This document shows positions 19,359 through 27,796 of a stretch of 64,000 bases of DNA, piece after piece. Below the pieces are notes generated by a model, which worked only from the letters and a program-made list of their open reading frames with translations, was not told where the DNA came from and did no database searches. Origin of the DNA: a virus; IMG/VR virus record IMGVR_UViG_3300010368_000009, positions 1 to 64,000 of that record; one strand, given 5' to 3'. A program made the translations under genes and the position numbers. Each line of letters begins with the position of its first letter. Within the stretch, counting starts at the first letter, position 1.

Positions 19359-19433
19359 GCCGATTTCGTCCAATGGCTAAGATGTCTGTTTCGTACTCAG
19401 GAGATAACAGTTCGATTCTGTTAATCGGCTCCA
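19359..19433 (+). tRNA. tRNA-Thr(CGT)
   Basis: Loop TTCGTAC, acceptor GCCGATT/AATCGGC, TCCA end, promoter at 19321. Confidence 0.85.
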
Positions 19434-19447
19434 TTAATAGGTGATGC

Positions 19448-19948
19448 ATGTTCAAGATTAAACAAAAGCCCAAGTTCAAAGAGCTTCCTGATGAAGTTAT
19501 TGAAGTACATCTTAGTCGTGCTTATGGCAGTGATGAGTTCACTCTTGAAGAGATTGTTAAACAACTGCTTGATAAGATGCATGAGTTTAATAAACGTCAC
19601 GAAAATATTGTGATACCGGACCCGATTGATGTTTATAAATTAAAATTTGAAGCAGATAATGATGATTATGAATATGATTGTCATGCTTCCCCACATCTAG
19701 AAGTTCGATGCATGGTTCGCCCGTCTGATCGTTTATGTGAAGCCCATCTACTCGCATACGAAAAGAAACTCAAAGTGTTTGAGAAATGGGAAGAAGACAA
19801 CAAGGACAAGATCGCTGCTGAATTGGTGCGTCGAGTTGAACAGGAAAAGCTTGATAAGATTCGCGCCAAGGATCAGACACAGGTGAAATTGAACGAAGAA
19901 CGTGAGCGTTTGCAAAAACGATTGGCAGAAATAGAAAAGAAATTATAA
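19448..19948 (+). CDS. Hypothetical protein with coiled-coil C-terminus
   Basis: AGGTG RBS; charged helix. Confidence 0.65.
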   Translation: MFKIKQKPKFKELPDEVIEVHLSRAYGSDEFTLEEIVKQLLDKMHEFNKRHENIVIPDPIDVYKLKFEADNDDYEYDCHASPHLEVRCMVRPSDRLCEAHLLAYEKKLKVFEKWEEDNKDKIAAELVRRVEQEKLDKIRAKDQTQVKLNEERERLQKRLAEIEKKL

Positions 19949-19949
19949 A

Positions 19950-20345
19950 ATGTATTTTGCAAAAATATTATTGTCAGCCAACAGTACCGATTTAGCGTGC
20001 TTGTGTGATGCTTACTATCCAAATCAGGATGGTCAATGGTTTGACTGTGGTGATACCGATATGGCAACGCGCCTATATAATGCTTGTCTGGTGAACCGTT
20101 CGGCTGATCCTGATTCTAGTATGATCAAGCTAACGGAAAATGGTGAAGATTTCTTAGTGGAAGTCGCTCGACGTGCCTTGGCACAAGGTATGTTCTTATC
20201 CCCTGAATTGAGCCGCGACGAACTTGATTACATCAAAACTATGAAAGATGCACAGGCGGAAGGAATTGTATTAGCCGAAGCAGCAGCAAAGAAGAAAGAA
20301 GACCGTGCTGCTGGCCAACGTGCATTAGCCAAGGCAGGTCAATAG
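19950..20345 (+). CDS. Hypothetical protein
   Basis: 131 aa ORF, TAG stop abutting the next ATG in frame. Confidence 0.65.
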   Translation: MYFAKILLSANSTDLACLCDAYYPNQDGQWFDCGDTDMATRLYNACLVNRSADPDSSMIKLTENGEDFLVEVARRALAQGMFLSPELSRDELDYIKTMKDAQAEGIVLAEAAAKKKEDRAAGQRALAKAGQ

Positions 20346-20597
20346 ATGGTGGATTTCATACTCAGTATAGTAAGTGGCAGCATGGCCGTGTTGTTCTTTT
20401 ATATGAGTGTGGAATCCCTTTTCATGCCTAATCGTGCCAAACGAAGATATGAAAAGTATTTGAACCAACGAATTAATGTTTGTTATGTTGACAGAAATAA
20501 TAAAATAGTGTTTCTAAGAACAGTTGCCGAGAAGATGGAACACGACCGAATTCAAAACCGAGACTGGTGGCGAGCCATTATTAGACATTCGCTATAA
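20346..20597 (+). CDS. Hypothetical membrane protein
   Basis: N-terminal TM helix. Confidence 0.55.
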   Translation: MVDFILSIVSGSMAVLFFYMSVESLFMPNRAKRRYEKYLNQRINVCYVDRNNKIVFLRTVAEKMEHDRIQNRDWWRAIIRHSL

Positions 20598-20611
20598 GTA
20601 TTAACAAGATT

Positions 20612-20687
20612 GCCGTCTTAGCTCAGTTGGCAGAGCGTTACATTGGTATTGTAAAGGTCACTGGTTCGACTCCAGTAGACGGCACCA
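20612..20687 (+). tRNA. tRNA-Thr(GGT)
   Basis: Canonical cloverleaf, loop TTGGTAT, ACCA end. Confidence 0.93.
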
Positions 20688-20763
20688 AATTAATACTTGA
20701 CAAGAACAAGGTAAACGTATAATGTCATTTGTGTCGGTACTAAAGAAATTAAACGAGGATGCT

Positions 20764-20916
20764 ATGAGCGATATTGAACAACTCCTGATCGAAGCCAACG
20801 AACAACTCAATAATTCGAAGATCACCCGTATGTCCGGTGATGACCTCATCCGCGAGAACCTTCGCTTGATCGAGGAAATGGAAAACGAGTCCCAGAAGAA
20901 CGTTCTCACCGCCTAA
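20764..20916 (+). CDS. Small acidic hypothetical protein
   Basis: TTGACA-TATAAT promoter and GAGG RBS. Confidence 0.55.
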   Translation: MSDIEQLLIEANEQLNNSKITRMSGDDLIRENLRLIEEMENESQKNVLTA

Positions 20917-20948
20917 TCCGTTTTTAATCATCAACGATTGATCATACT

Positions 20949-21293
20949 ATGAGCAATAGGTATATTAAATCGAGGGAAGCCATCTCCAAGGCTGACCCTA
21001 TTTTCAGGAAAAACGTCAGCATATTCGAAAAGCTAATTATTAAGGGTCACAATAGGACGCCCGAAGAAGAAGACCTATTAAAACGATTCAATCCACATGT
21101 GATCAAACATGCCAATACCCGAAAGGGTAAAGCGTTATTCAAACAACATCAGCGTGGCAATTTTCGTATATGGCAAGCGCACATCCCATCATCGGGTAGC
21201 AATACTCAACACATCGTGGCTATGGCAATCGATGCTAAATCGAAGGTAGTCAGGTTTCTTCTAGTCGGGACACACGCCGATACATCTGGTTGA
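20949..21293 (+). CDS. RelE/YafQ-like fold protein, paralog 1
   Basis: FNPH...WQAHI...VRFLLVGTH C-terminal motif. Confidence 0.5.
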   Translation: MSNRYIKSREAISKADPIFRKNVSIFEKLIIKGHNRTPEEEDLLKRFNPHVIKHANTRKGKALFKQHQRGNFRIWQAHIPSSGSNTQHIVAMAIDAKSKVVRFLLVGTHADTSG

Positions 21294-21304
21294 TAAATAA
21301 CCAT

Positions 21305-21739
21305 ATGAGATTGGTAGATTTATTTGAAAAGAATAAAAAGAAACCGGTGCAACCACAGCAACCGGTTTCTTCTGTATTTGCGGTTGAGTTGACCAACAAG
21401 TATGAGAAAACCAAAGAGACGCTATCAAAAAGTGATCCTATTCTCAAAAAGAATATTCTCGTATTTGAAATGCTGGCTACCAAGGGACCAACGCGTTCAC
21501 CCGAGGAAGAAGAATTATATAAAAATCGGTTCAATGCTCATATTGTTAAATTTTCTAACTCTCGTAAGGGACAAGCATTATTCAATCGACATAATCAAGC
21601 CGGGTTTCGTATGTGGCAAGCCCATATTCCTTCTACTCAAACCAAGGGTAGATATGTTATGGCGTACTCGATTAACAATAAGAGCAAAATTATAAGATTT
21701 ATTTTAGTTGGAACTCACGATGATACGACCGGTGGATGA
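21305..21739 (+). CDS. RelE/YafQ-like fold protein, paralog 2, MRLVDLFE N-terminus
   Basis: Clear paralog of the previous ORF (IRFILVGTHDD); ATAAATA at 21293-21299. Confidence 0.5.
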   Translation: MRLVDLFEKNKKKPVQPQQPVSSVFAVELTNKYEKTKETLSKSDPILKKNILVFEMLATKGPTRSPEEEELYKNRFNAHIVKFSNSRKGQALFNRHNQAGFRMWQAHIPSTQTKGRYVMAYSINNKSKIIRFILVGTHDDTTGG

Positions 21740-21933
21740 TTTTTATTCTCGGTTGATTGTAATCGTTTGAAGGTCATCGCCTTGATGTCAGCTGTTCGCA
21801 CACGTTCATGCTTTCGGAAATATACATAATTTCCTTTCTTGCTTTCCCATTGATCGAGAAAGTTTGTTCCATCTTTCAACTTCACAAACACGTGTGCTGA
21901 TTTGGGAAAAGTGGTGTGTGGTGACTTAGCCAT
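21715..21933 (-). CDS. Small basic hypothetical protein
   Basis: 72 aa ORF. Confidence 0.5.
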   Translation of the reverse strand: MAKSPHTTFPKSAHVFVKLKDGTNFLDQWESKKGNYVYFRKHERVRTADIKAMTFKRLQSTENKNHPPVVSS

Positions 21934-21970
21934 AACATTAATTATAAATACTACTACGATTGGATGCGCA

Positions 21971-22336
21971 ATGAAAAAACTATTGAATTACATTTTGACA
22001 GAAAGCGAAAATGCAGAGTTTGATTTCAAACCATTTATTGCATTCGCTACCAAACACTTAAAGCTGGATGAAGAACCGAAGATCGACATCGTTGATGTTA
22101 TCGAAGGACTCACCGCGTTCGGGTGTCATAATCTAATGGATAGAAGCATCACCGTTGCCAAAGGTGGGCGTCACCAGATTGATGTGATGAGAACCATAGC
22201 ACATGAGATGGTTCACTACAAACAATCAGCGACGTACACACCGGATGGTCAAACTGGATCAGATGATGAAAACGAAGCGAATGCAGTTGCCGGAATCATT
22301 TTGAGAGATTACGCACAAACTGCATTCAACGATTAA
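21971..22336 (+). CDS. Zinc metallopeptidase-like protein (HEXXH)
   Basis: RTIAHEMVH...ENEANA; TATAAATA late promoter at 21943-21950. Confidence 0.7.
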   Translation: MKKLLNYILTESENAEFDFKPFIAFATKHLKLDEEPKIDIVDVIEGLTAFGCHNLMDRSITVAKGGRHQIDVMRTIAHEMVHYKQSATYTPDGQTGSDDENEANAVAGIILRDYAQTAFND

Positions 22337-22558
22337 ACCAATTTATTACTAATGATTAACGCAGATCGCGTTTCTCTGAATTCCGAATCGGTTTGTTCGG
22401 CTTGATATTCTTCCGCGACTTCGATGTCAGAATAAGACTGGCAAAGTTCTGGCATAAGACTGCTTCCGCGACCGGTCACAAACTTATATACCAAGACGGT
22501 GTGAATTCGCTGCATTGGATTCTCCGATTAATGTTTAACACATTAATACCATATGACA

Positions 22559-23080
22559 TTAATCGGAAAATACGAGGGACCAATCCCGTGACAAGATTTC
22601 AAGAACATCCATATAAAGGAAACGGTTACCTTCGGTGAGAACACCAAGCAGTAACACCTTCTCTTTAAAATAGACCCGTGCGAAATCACGATCATTCTTA
22701 ACAATATCTTTGAGATTTGATTTCAAATCTGCCAGTTTGATCGTCTTGACTTCGGGTGGTGCCGACGCGATGAACTCACGGTCACGCTTCTTGCGTTCGG
22801 CCCGGCTCAACTTCAACCCGTTACTGACATCGGTCAGATAGACCACATAATCAGAAACCGTTTTACCGAATTCTTGATACACCAGTGGATGTGACCAATG
22901 GGTGTCTTCCACAATATCGTGAAGATAAGCTGCTGCAACCTGTTCAGCAGTTCCACCATGGAACTCGACACTCTTAGCAACTTCTTCAACATGTGTGAAA
23001 TATGGAAGGCTCGTGTACTTTCGTACTTGTCCTTCGTGCGCTTCTAAGGCTGTAGCGCGTGCCTTTTCTACTATATTCAT
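22559..23080 (-). CDS. RelA/SpoT-type HD hydrolase (Mesh1-like small alarmone hydrolase)
   Basis: AHEGQVRK, PYFTH, AAYLHDIVEDT, IKLADLKSN. Confidence 0.88.
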   Translation of the reverse strand: MNIVEKARATALEAHEGQVRKYTSLPYFTHVEEVAKSVEFHGGTAEQVAAAYLHDIVEDTHWSHPLVYQEFGKTVSDYVVYLTDVSNGLKLSRAERKKRDREFIASAPPEVKTIKLADLKSNLKDIVKNDRDFARVYFKEKVLLLGVLTEGNRFLYMDVLEILSRDWSLVFSD

Positions 23081-23232
23081 TTTCTTTTCCTTTATAAGCC
23101 GAATTGCTTATCATTTCTAGATTTTCTCTATTGGTGTTATTTATCATGTCATTCCATATGAGTCAATAATAAAAAGTTCTTGCTATAGGACAAACACTCT
23201 GCTATAAGTAAGTTGTACGTAATTGATCGTAT

Positions 23233-23317
23233 GGGGATGTGGCGGAATTGGTAGACGCCCCAGATTTAGGTTCTGGTGTTGCAAGACGTGGGAGTTCGAG
23301 TCTCTCCATCCCTACCA
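23233..23317 (+). tRNA. tRNA-Leu(TAG)
   Basis: Leu-type D arm, loop TTTAGGT, V arm, ACCA end. Confidence 0.93.
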
Positions 23318-23340
23318 TCATTTAAGAAAGAATATTTCTA

Positions 23341-23829
23341 ATGTTGTGTAATGTTGAAATCAAAACGGTTGATGATTTTCTTGATCCAATGGATAAAGAA
23401 GGGGTTCAATCCTTGCTGGATTATATTCAAAAACATACTGACTTTACTGGTATCCAGACCTTTGTTGAAAATCATTTATGGAACGAAAACCCAACCGAGG
23501 GTGTCTACATCTGTGATCTGAATTATTCATACAACATCAAGACGAAGCTCATTAATTATCCCGAGGATGTTGATTTTCCATCCTATGGCGTTGCTGATAA
23601 TTATGAACAGATCATTGATAAATATCATGAACTAACCAGTTTGAGCCAACGTAAATTTTGCATCCTGTGCACACCAATGCGCAAATCTGAACAATATTCA
23701 GAAGGTGGATGGCGTTGGCATAAATGGGGTGAGTACATCGGTACAGAAGAGCCGACATGTGAATACCTTTATGACGAACCCGTCATCGAAGAAGTCTATG
23801 TTTTTCACATTTACGAAATCAATGAGTAG
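23341..23829 (+). CDS. Phage hypothetical protein (GWRWHKWGEYIG motif)
   Basis: 162 aa ORF with a distinctive Trp-rich motif. Confidence 0.7.
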   Translation: MLCNVEIKTVDDFLDPMDKEGVQSLLDYIQKHTDFTGIQTFVENHLWNENPTEGVYICDLNYSYNIKTKLINYPEDVDFPSYGVADNYEQIIDKYHELTSLSQRKFCILCTPMRKSEQYSEGGWRWHKWGEYIGTEEPTCEYLYDEPVIEEVYVFHIYEINE

Positions 23830-23837
23830 GAACACCG

Positions 23838-24236
23838 ATGCCCGAAGTCGATTTTGGACCCGAAGTAATAGTTAACCGACAGAAGAAACTTTTTTATAAG
23901 AAGTATCGCTATTCTGTAGTCGTTAGTTATGGATGGGGTCCAGATTACACCCATGGGTTTATCACTCAGGAAATGTCAGATTGGCGTGATGCTATTGCTG
24001 CACGTATCCGTGCAGCGTTGAAGGAAGGCCAACTACCAACCATTGTTGGTAATAATCATTCTCGCAATTTTGGAGAATACGGGCCGCATAAAAGAATATA
24101 CACAAACGATATCAACGAAGTTAACACTATCATCGGTTATATTCTTGACATGAATGTCAGACCAGAGATTGGTGTAGCAACAGAAGATACATCATGTCCA
24201 AAACAATCAAATTTACCCCACTGGAAGATAAAGTAG
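23838..24236 (+). CDS. Hypothetical protein
   Basis: AGGA RBS. Confidence 0.6.
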   Translation: MPEVDFGPEVIVNRQKKLFYKKYRYSVVVSYGWGPDYTHGFITQEMSDWRDAIAARIRAALKEGQLPTIVGNNHSRNFGEYGPHKRIYTNDINEVNTIIGYILDMNVRPEIGVATEDTSCPKQSNLPHWKIK

Positions 24237-24535
24237 TTCGAATAAAACTGAGAACTGGTAAATCCGGTTGGCCATTAGCACCATCCGGGTTAGTTATAAG
24301 TTATATTCCAACCGGGTTCGACCAGCTTCCAACCCAATGGTTTTATTCTGATTATCAGGGTGGTGTTACGGGTCCATTCATATCTTCGGGTCAAGCAATT
24401 TATGAATTCTACAATTATGTCATGGATAAACATCGTGATTATCATGATGATCCGGGCGAAGGGGGATGGGTTCATTATAAGGGCAATCGGATACCACCTG
24501 TATATAAAGGCAGACCATTGAAACTTTATGTTTGA
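24194..24535 (+). CDS. Hypothetical protein
   Basis: Overlapping ORF. Confidence 0.55.
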   Translation: MSKTIKFTPLEDKVVRIKLRTGKSGWPLAPSGLVISYIPTGFDQLPTQWFYSDYQGGVTGPFISSGQAIYEFYNYVMDKHRDYHDDPGEGGWVHYKGNRIPPVYKGRPLKLYV

Positions 24536-24567
24536 CGCATACGACTTTCATGATAAGTAAATCTACT

Positions 24568-24655
24568 GGAAGGTAGGAAGGCACGGTGCCTTAACGAGCT
24601 TGGAAAGCTTGCCCACCCTTACGGGTTGATGGTTCGAGTCCATTACCTTCCGCCA
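24568..24655 (+). tRNA. tRNA-Ser(GGA), 8/4 cloverleaf
   Basis: Loop TTGGAAA; body nearly identical to the tRNA at 14215; GCCA end. Confidence 0.85.
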
Positions 24656-24663
24656 CTACTTGT

Positions 24664-24738
24664 CGTCGTGTAGCTCAATGGCTAGAGCAGATACCTTATA
24701 AGTGTCAGATGCGAGTTCAATTCTCGTCGCGACAACCA
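24664..24738 (+). tRNA. tRNA-Ile(TAT)
   Basis: Loop CTTATAA; D and T arms canonical; C1xA72 mismatch; ACCA end. Confidence 0.82.
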
Positions 24739-24766
24739 TCCCATCAGCATATTCAGGAGTGTTCCA

Positions 24767-25339
24767 ATGACCGAAGTCGAAATTCTGGCAATGGAAACCG
24801 AATTAAATAGATTGAGTGATGCTTTTGATGAACGGGTTCGCATCGTGCGTGGTGAACATACTTGGCCTTGCCGCATTTGTGATGAGTCGTCAAAATTTAA
24901 AGACATCACCATCTATTCCACGCAATGGTACACTTCGCCTCATGGATGTACTGGTGGTGATTACTGGAACATCAATGATGAAGAAGTTGTGTGGCAATGT
25001 GGATTATGCGAATCAGTAAACCGGATGCTATTTCAATCATGGTATGATAATAAACCGGCTAGTCTCCCACGTAAAAAAATCAAAACATTAGAACCGTTCA
25101 TGCGTAGATTTGAAAGATCATTCAAAGACCGAAAGGTTTTGAACGGTCATTTCTGTAGTAACGGGTTTCGATCTTATAACAATTATTACATGTATGATCC
25201 GGCGATTTACAAAGAACTCATACCAGATTTCAAACATGATTTACCGAAAATTAATAAACACTCAATAAATCCTGTTGGTGGTGATCCATCAGTTATAAAG
25301 AAACCCAATCCTGTTCAACTATGTGACCATACAGAATAA
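24767..25339 (+). CDS. Hypothetical protein with CxxC...CxxC zinc ribbon
   Basis: CRIC, CGLC; AGGAG RBS. Confidence 0.65.
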   Translation: MTEVEILAMETELNRLSDAFDERVRIVRGEHTWPCRICDESSKFKDITIYSTQWYTSPHGCTGGDYWNINDEEVVWQCGLCESVNRMLFQSWYDNKPASLPRKKIKTLEPFMRRFERSFKDRKVLNGHFCSNGFRSYNNYYMYDPAIYKELIPDFKHDLPKINKHSINPVGGDPSVIKKPNPVQLCDHTE

Positions 25340-25765
25340 TTATTGATTGGATTCAATTTGGTGTTGAATACTATCATAATCAGATTGAGCACGTGCCAGT
25401 AAGGTTACGAGTATTTGGTGTTCTGGTGTATTATCCATATTTTGGTTAATATTTTTTTGAATTAAAGTGTTCAAATCTGCTATCTGTTCAATGGCGGCTC
25501 GACGACTTTCGTTCAAATCAACAAACTGAATGGTCCAATTACGAATATTGCCTTCTAACATTATACCGCGTTCGCGCAATGTGGTACTATCACGAAGGCG
25601 ATTGTTTTCTTCTAACCGGGCGTCAACCCAACCCTTTTGTGCCAATGCGAACGGCGAGGATTGAAATGCAATTACAGCTGAAACGATGACAACCACAGAA
25701 CCAACAATGCTGGCAATGATACCAAGCTTGGATTGTATCATTTGGATTATTGATTGTTCTTCCAT
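25340..25765 (-). CDS. Membrane-anchored coiled-coil late protein
   Basis: N-terminal TM helix; TATAAATA upstream on the minus strand (~25790). Confidence 0.6.
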   Translation of the reverse strand: MEEQSIIQMIQSKLGIIASIVGSVVVIVSAVIAFQSSPFALAQKGWVDARLEENNRLRDSTTLRERGIMLEGNIRNWTIQFVDLNESRRAAIEQIADLNTLIQKNINQNMDNTPEHQILVTLLARAQSDYDSIQHQIESNQ

Positions 25766-25819
25766 GATGAAATTCCCTTAGATGTAATATTTATATCTAG
25801 AAGGTTATACAGGTGCGCC

Positions 25820-26203
25820 ATGAGAGTTTTAGTTTGCGGTGGTAGAAAGTTTGATGACACTGATATGTTAGATCAAGCTTTACGAACCATACATGATAAT
25901 GTTGGCATCAGTTGCATAATCCATGGTGCCGCTAAAGGTGCAGACCTTATGGGTGCAGGATGGGGTTCAAAGAATCACATTGAATCTATCTCAGCGTTTG
26001 TAGCATTATGGAATGAACATGGTAAAAAGGCAGGCGTGTTACGAAACACTCAAATGATTAAAGAAGGTCATCCTGATATCATTGTCGCATTCCCCGGTGG
26101 AGTGGGTACTGAAAATATGAAAAGACAGGGTAGACAAAACAATATTATGGTGGTAGAAGTATCGAAAGATGATAACGGCACCGTTTGTTTCGGAGAGTTC
26201 TAA
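25820..26203 (+). CDS. SLOG-family (DUF2493/YspA-like) protein
   Basis: VLVCGGR, IIHGAAKGAD, AGVLRNTQM, AFPGGVGT. Confidence 0.85.
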   Translation: MRVLVCGGRKFDDTDMLDQALRTIHDNVGISCIIHGAAKGADLMGAGWGSKNHIESISAFVALWNEHGKKAGVLRNTQMIKEGHPDIIVAFPGGVGTENMKRQGRQNNIMVVEVSKDDNGTVCFGEF

Positions 26204-26641
26204 ATGAAGACCGAAGATTACCCAGTTCAGATTATTCTGATGCGATCCGATTTGGCTTCTATGACTCCGGGTCGTGGCATGGCCCAAGCTGCACATGCAT
26301 CAAGCGTTCTTGCAGCGGCCCTACCAAGTTTCACAGACGAAATGAGTAAGGCATACGATAAATGGGAAAACACCACCACTCAAGGTTTCGGCACCTGTCT
26401 GGTGTTTGATGCCCACAATGAAGAAACAATCAAGAATATCGTGGATGATGTTCAAAAAGAATTAACTAAAACCGTGTTCGCGGCAATGGTGAATGATCCA
26501 ACATATCCAATCCATGATGGCTCATTCATTCATCTGGCCAGCGTCAATACATGCGGTGTGCTCTTCGGAATGAAATCCCAAATTGATATTATTCTTCAAC
26601 AATGGACTATCGATCTTCATCGTACTGGGTATGGGATTTAA
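26204..26641 (+). CDS. Pth2-like protein, divergent
   Basis: ILMRSDLASMTPGRGMAQAAHAS, GFGTCLV, NDPTYP. Confidence 0.7.
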   Translation: MKTEDYPVQIILMRSDLASMTPGRGMAQAAHASSVLAAALPSFTDEMSKAYDKWENTTTQGFGTCLVFDAHNEETIKNIVDDVQKELTKTVFAAMVNDPTYPIHDGSFIHLASVNTCGVLFGMKSQIDIILQQWTIDLHRTGYGI

Positions 26642-26643
26642 TA

Positions 26644-26955
26644 ATGTTTGAGTTCTTTGCCGCACTACCAGTATATGCAAAACCAGCCGCATTGATGGGC
26701 TTTATATTATTCATATATTTTGGAAACATGTTTTTCTGGTGGTTGGTTTTTCAAGCTATGAAACAAATCATGATTGGTATGGAAATCAATCATCATGAAT
26801 TTTTCACCGGTAGTTCTCGTTCAGACAGTCCAAAGAAGGATGTGTTTCAGTGCTTCATGGTGATTCCGGGTTACTCGATATACTTCGCAATCAAATGGAT
26901 TGTCGCAAATTGGTTGATACTGATTGGTAAAACCATCAAACGAGTGGTTAAATAA
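26644..26955 (+). CDS. Membrane protein
   Basis: Two TM segments. Confidence 0.6.
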   Translation: MFEFFAALPVYAKPAALMGFILFIYFGNMFFWWLVFQAMKQIMIGMEINHHEFFTGSSRSDSPKKDVFQCFMVIPGYSIYFAIKWIVANWLILIGKTIKRVVK

Positions 26956-26958
26956 ATC

Positions 26959-27276
26959 ATGGAACCGGAACCACTCAACCTAATCCCATTTATTGTACTA
27001 GGTAGTTATGCCGGTATGATATTTGTTCATATGCTGTTTTGGAATATGCTGAAAGGTATTTTACGAGAAGTGACAGGATCAAACAGTGCATATATTGATC
27101 GTTACTGTGTGACAAAATGGGGGGAATCAGGATATAACCCTAGTCACTTCGTCGTGATATCGTGTTTTTTCCCACCTTTGTTATGGGGATGGATCATCAC
27201 TAAGATATTTTACTTCATTGGTAAGATCATTGGTGCTTGGTGTAGAATATTAATGAGCTGTCTTCCGAAACACTAA
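26959..27276 (+). CDS. Membrane protein
   Basis: Two TM segments; layout like the previous ORF. Confidence 0.6.
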   Translation: MEPEPLNLIPFIVLGSYAGMIFVHMLFWNMLKGILREVTGSNSAYIDRYCVTKWGESGYNPSHFVVISCFFPPLLWGWIITKIFYFIGKIIGAWCRILMSCLPKH

Positions 27277-27281
27277 CATAT

Positions 27282-27358
27282 CGGCACGTAGCATAGCGAT
27301 CTAATGCCGTCAGCTCATAACTGATTGATCGCAGGTTTGAATCCTGCCGTGCCGACCA
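27282..27358 (+). tRNA. tRNA-CAT (Met or Ile2), atypical D and T loops
   Basis: CGGCACG/CGTGCCG acceptor, loop CTCATAA, T loop TTTGAAT, ACCA end. Confidence 0.78.
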
Positions 27359-27375
27359 CTTTTTAGGAATGCCCG

Positions 27376-27759
27376 ATGTTTGAATGGCTTATCACTACCA
27401 ATAATGAAATAGTGACGCAATACATACGGGCGTTCATTGATAGTATAGGTGTATCTGAATTCTGGTTCGGTGTATGGGTTTTATGGACAGTGATAGTGGT
27501 CGTCTTTATAACGGTTATGTTCAAACTGTCACCACCAGAGAAACACGATTTCTCTCCCGATGTGGTTTGGGGCGGGTTCGTTTTATATCTTATTTTCGGT
27601 GGAATGTTTGGTGGGATTGTTGTTCTACTCACTAATATCCCGATGTTTATATTGGGATTGGCGATTATGGCCTTGTTTCTCTTCTATATTTCAAATGCCA
27701 CATCAATGATAGTAAACATCATGACTGATCCTGTAGACAGTTCAACCGATAACGAGTAG
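27376..27759 (+). CDS. Membrane protein, paralog A
   Basis: MFEWL start; about three TM segments. Confidence 0.65.
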   Translation: MFEWLITTNNEIVTQYIRAFIDSIGVSEFWFGVWVLWTVIVVVFITVMFKLSPPEKHDFSPDVVWGGFVLYLIFGGMFGGIVVLLTNIPMFILGLAIMALFLFYISNATSMIVNIMTDPVDSSTDNE

Positions 27760-27796
27760 TGTTCAAAACGGTTATCGTATATAAGGGAATACTGAA

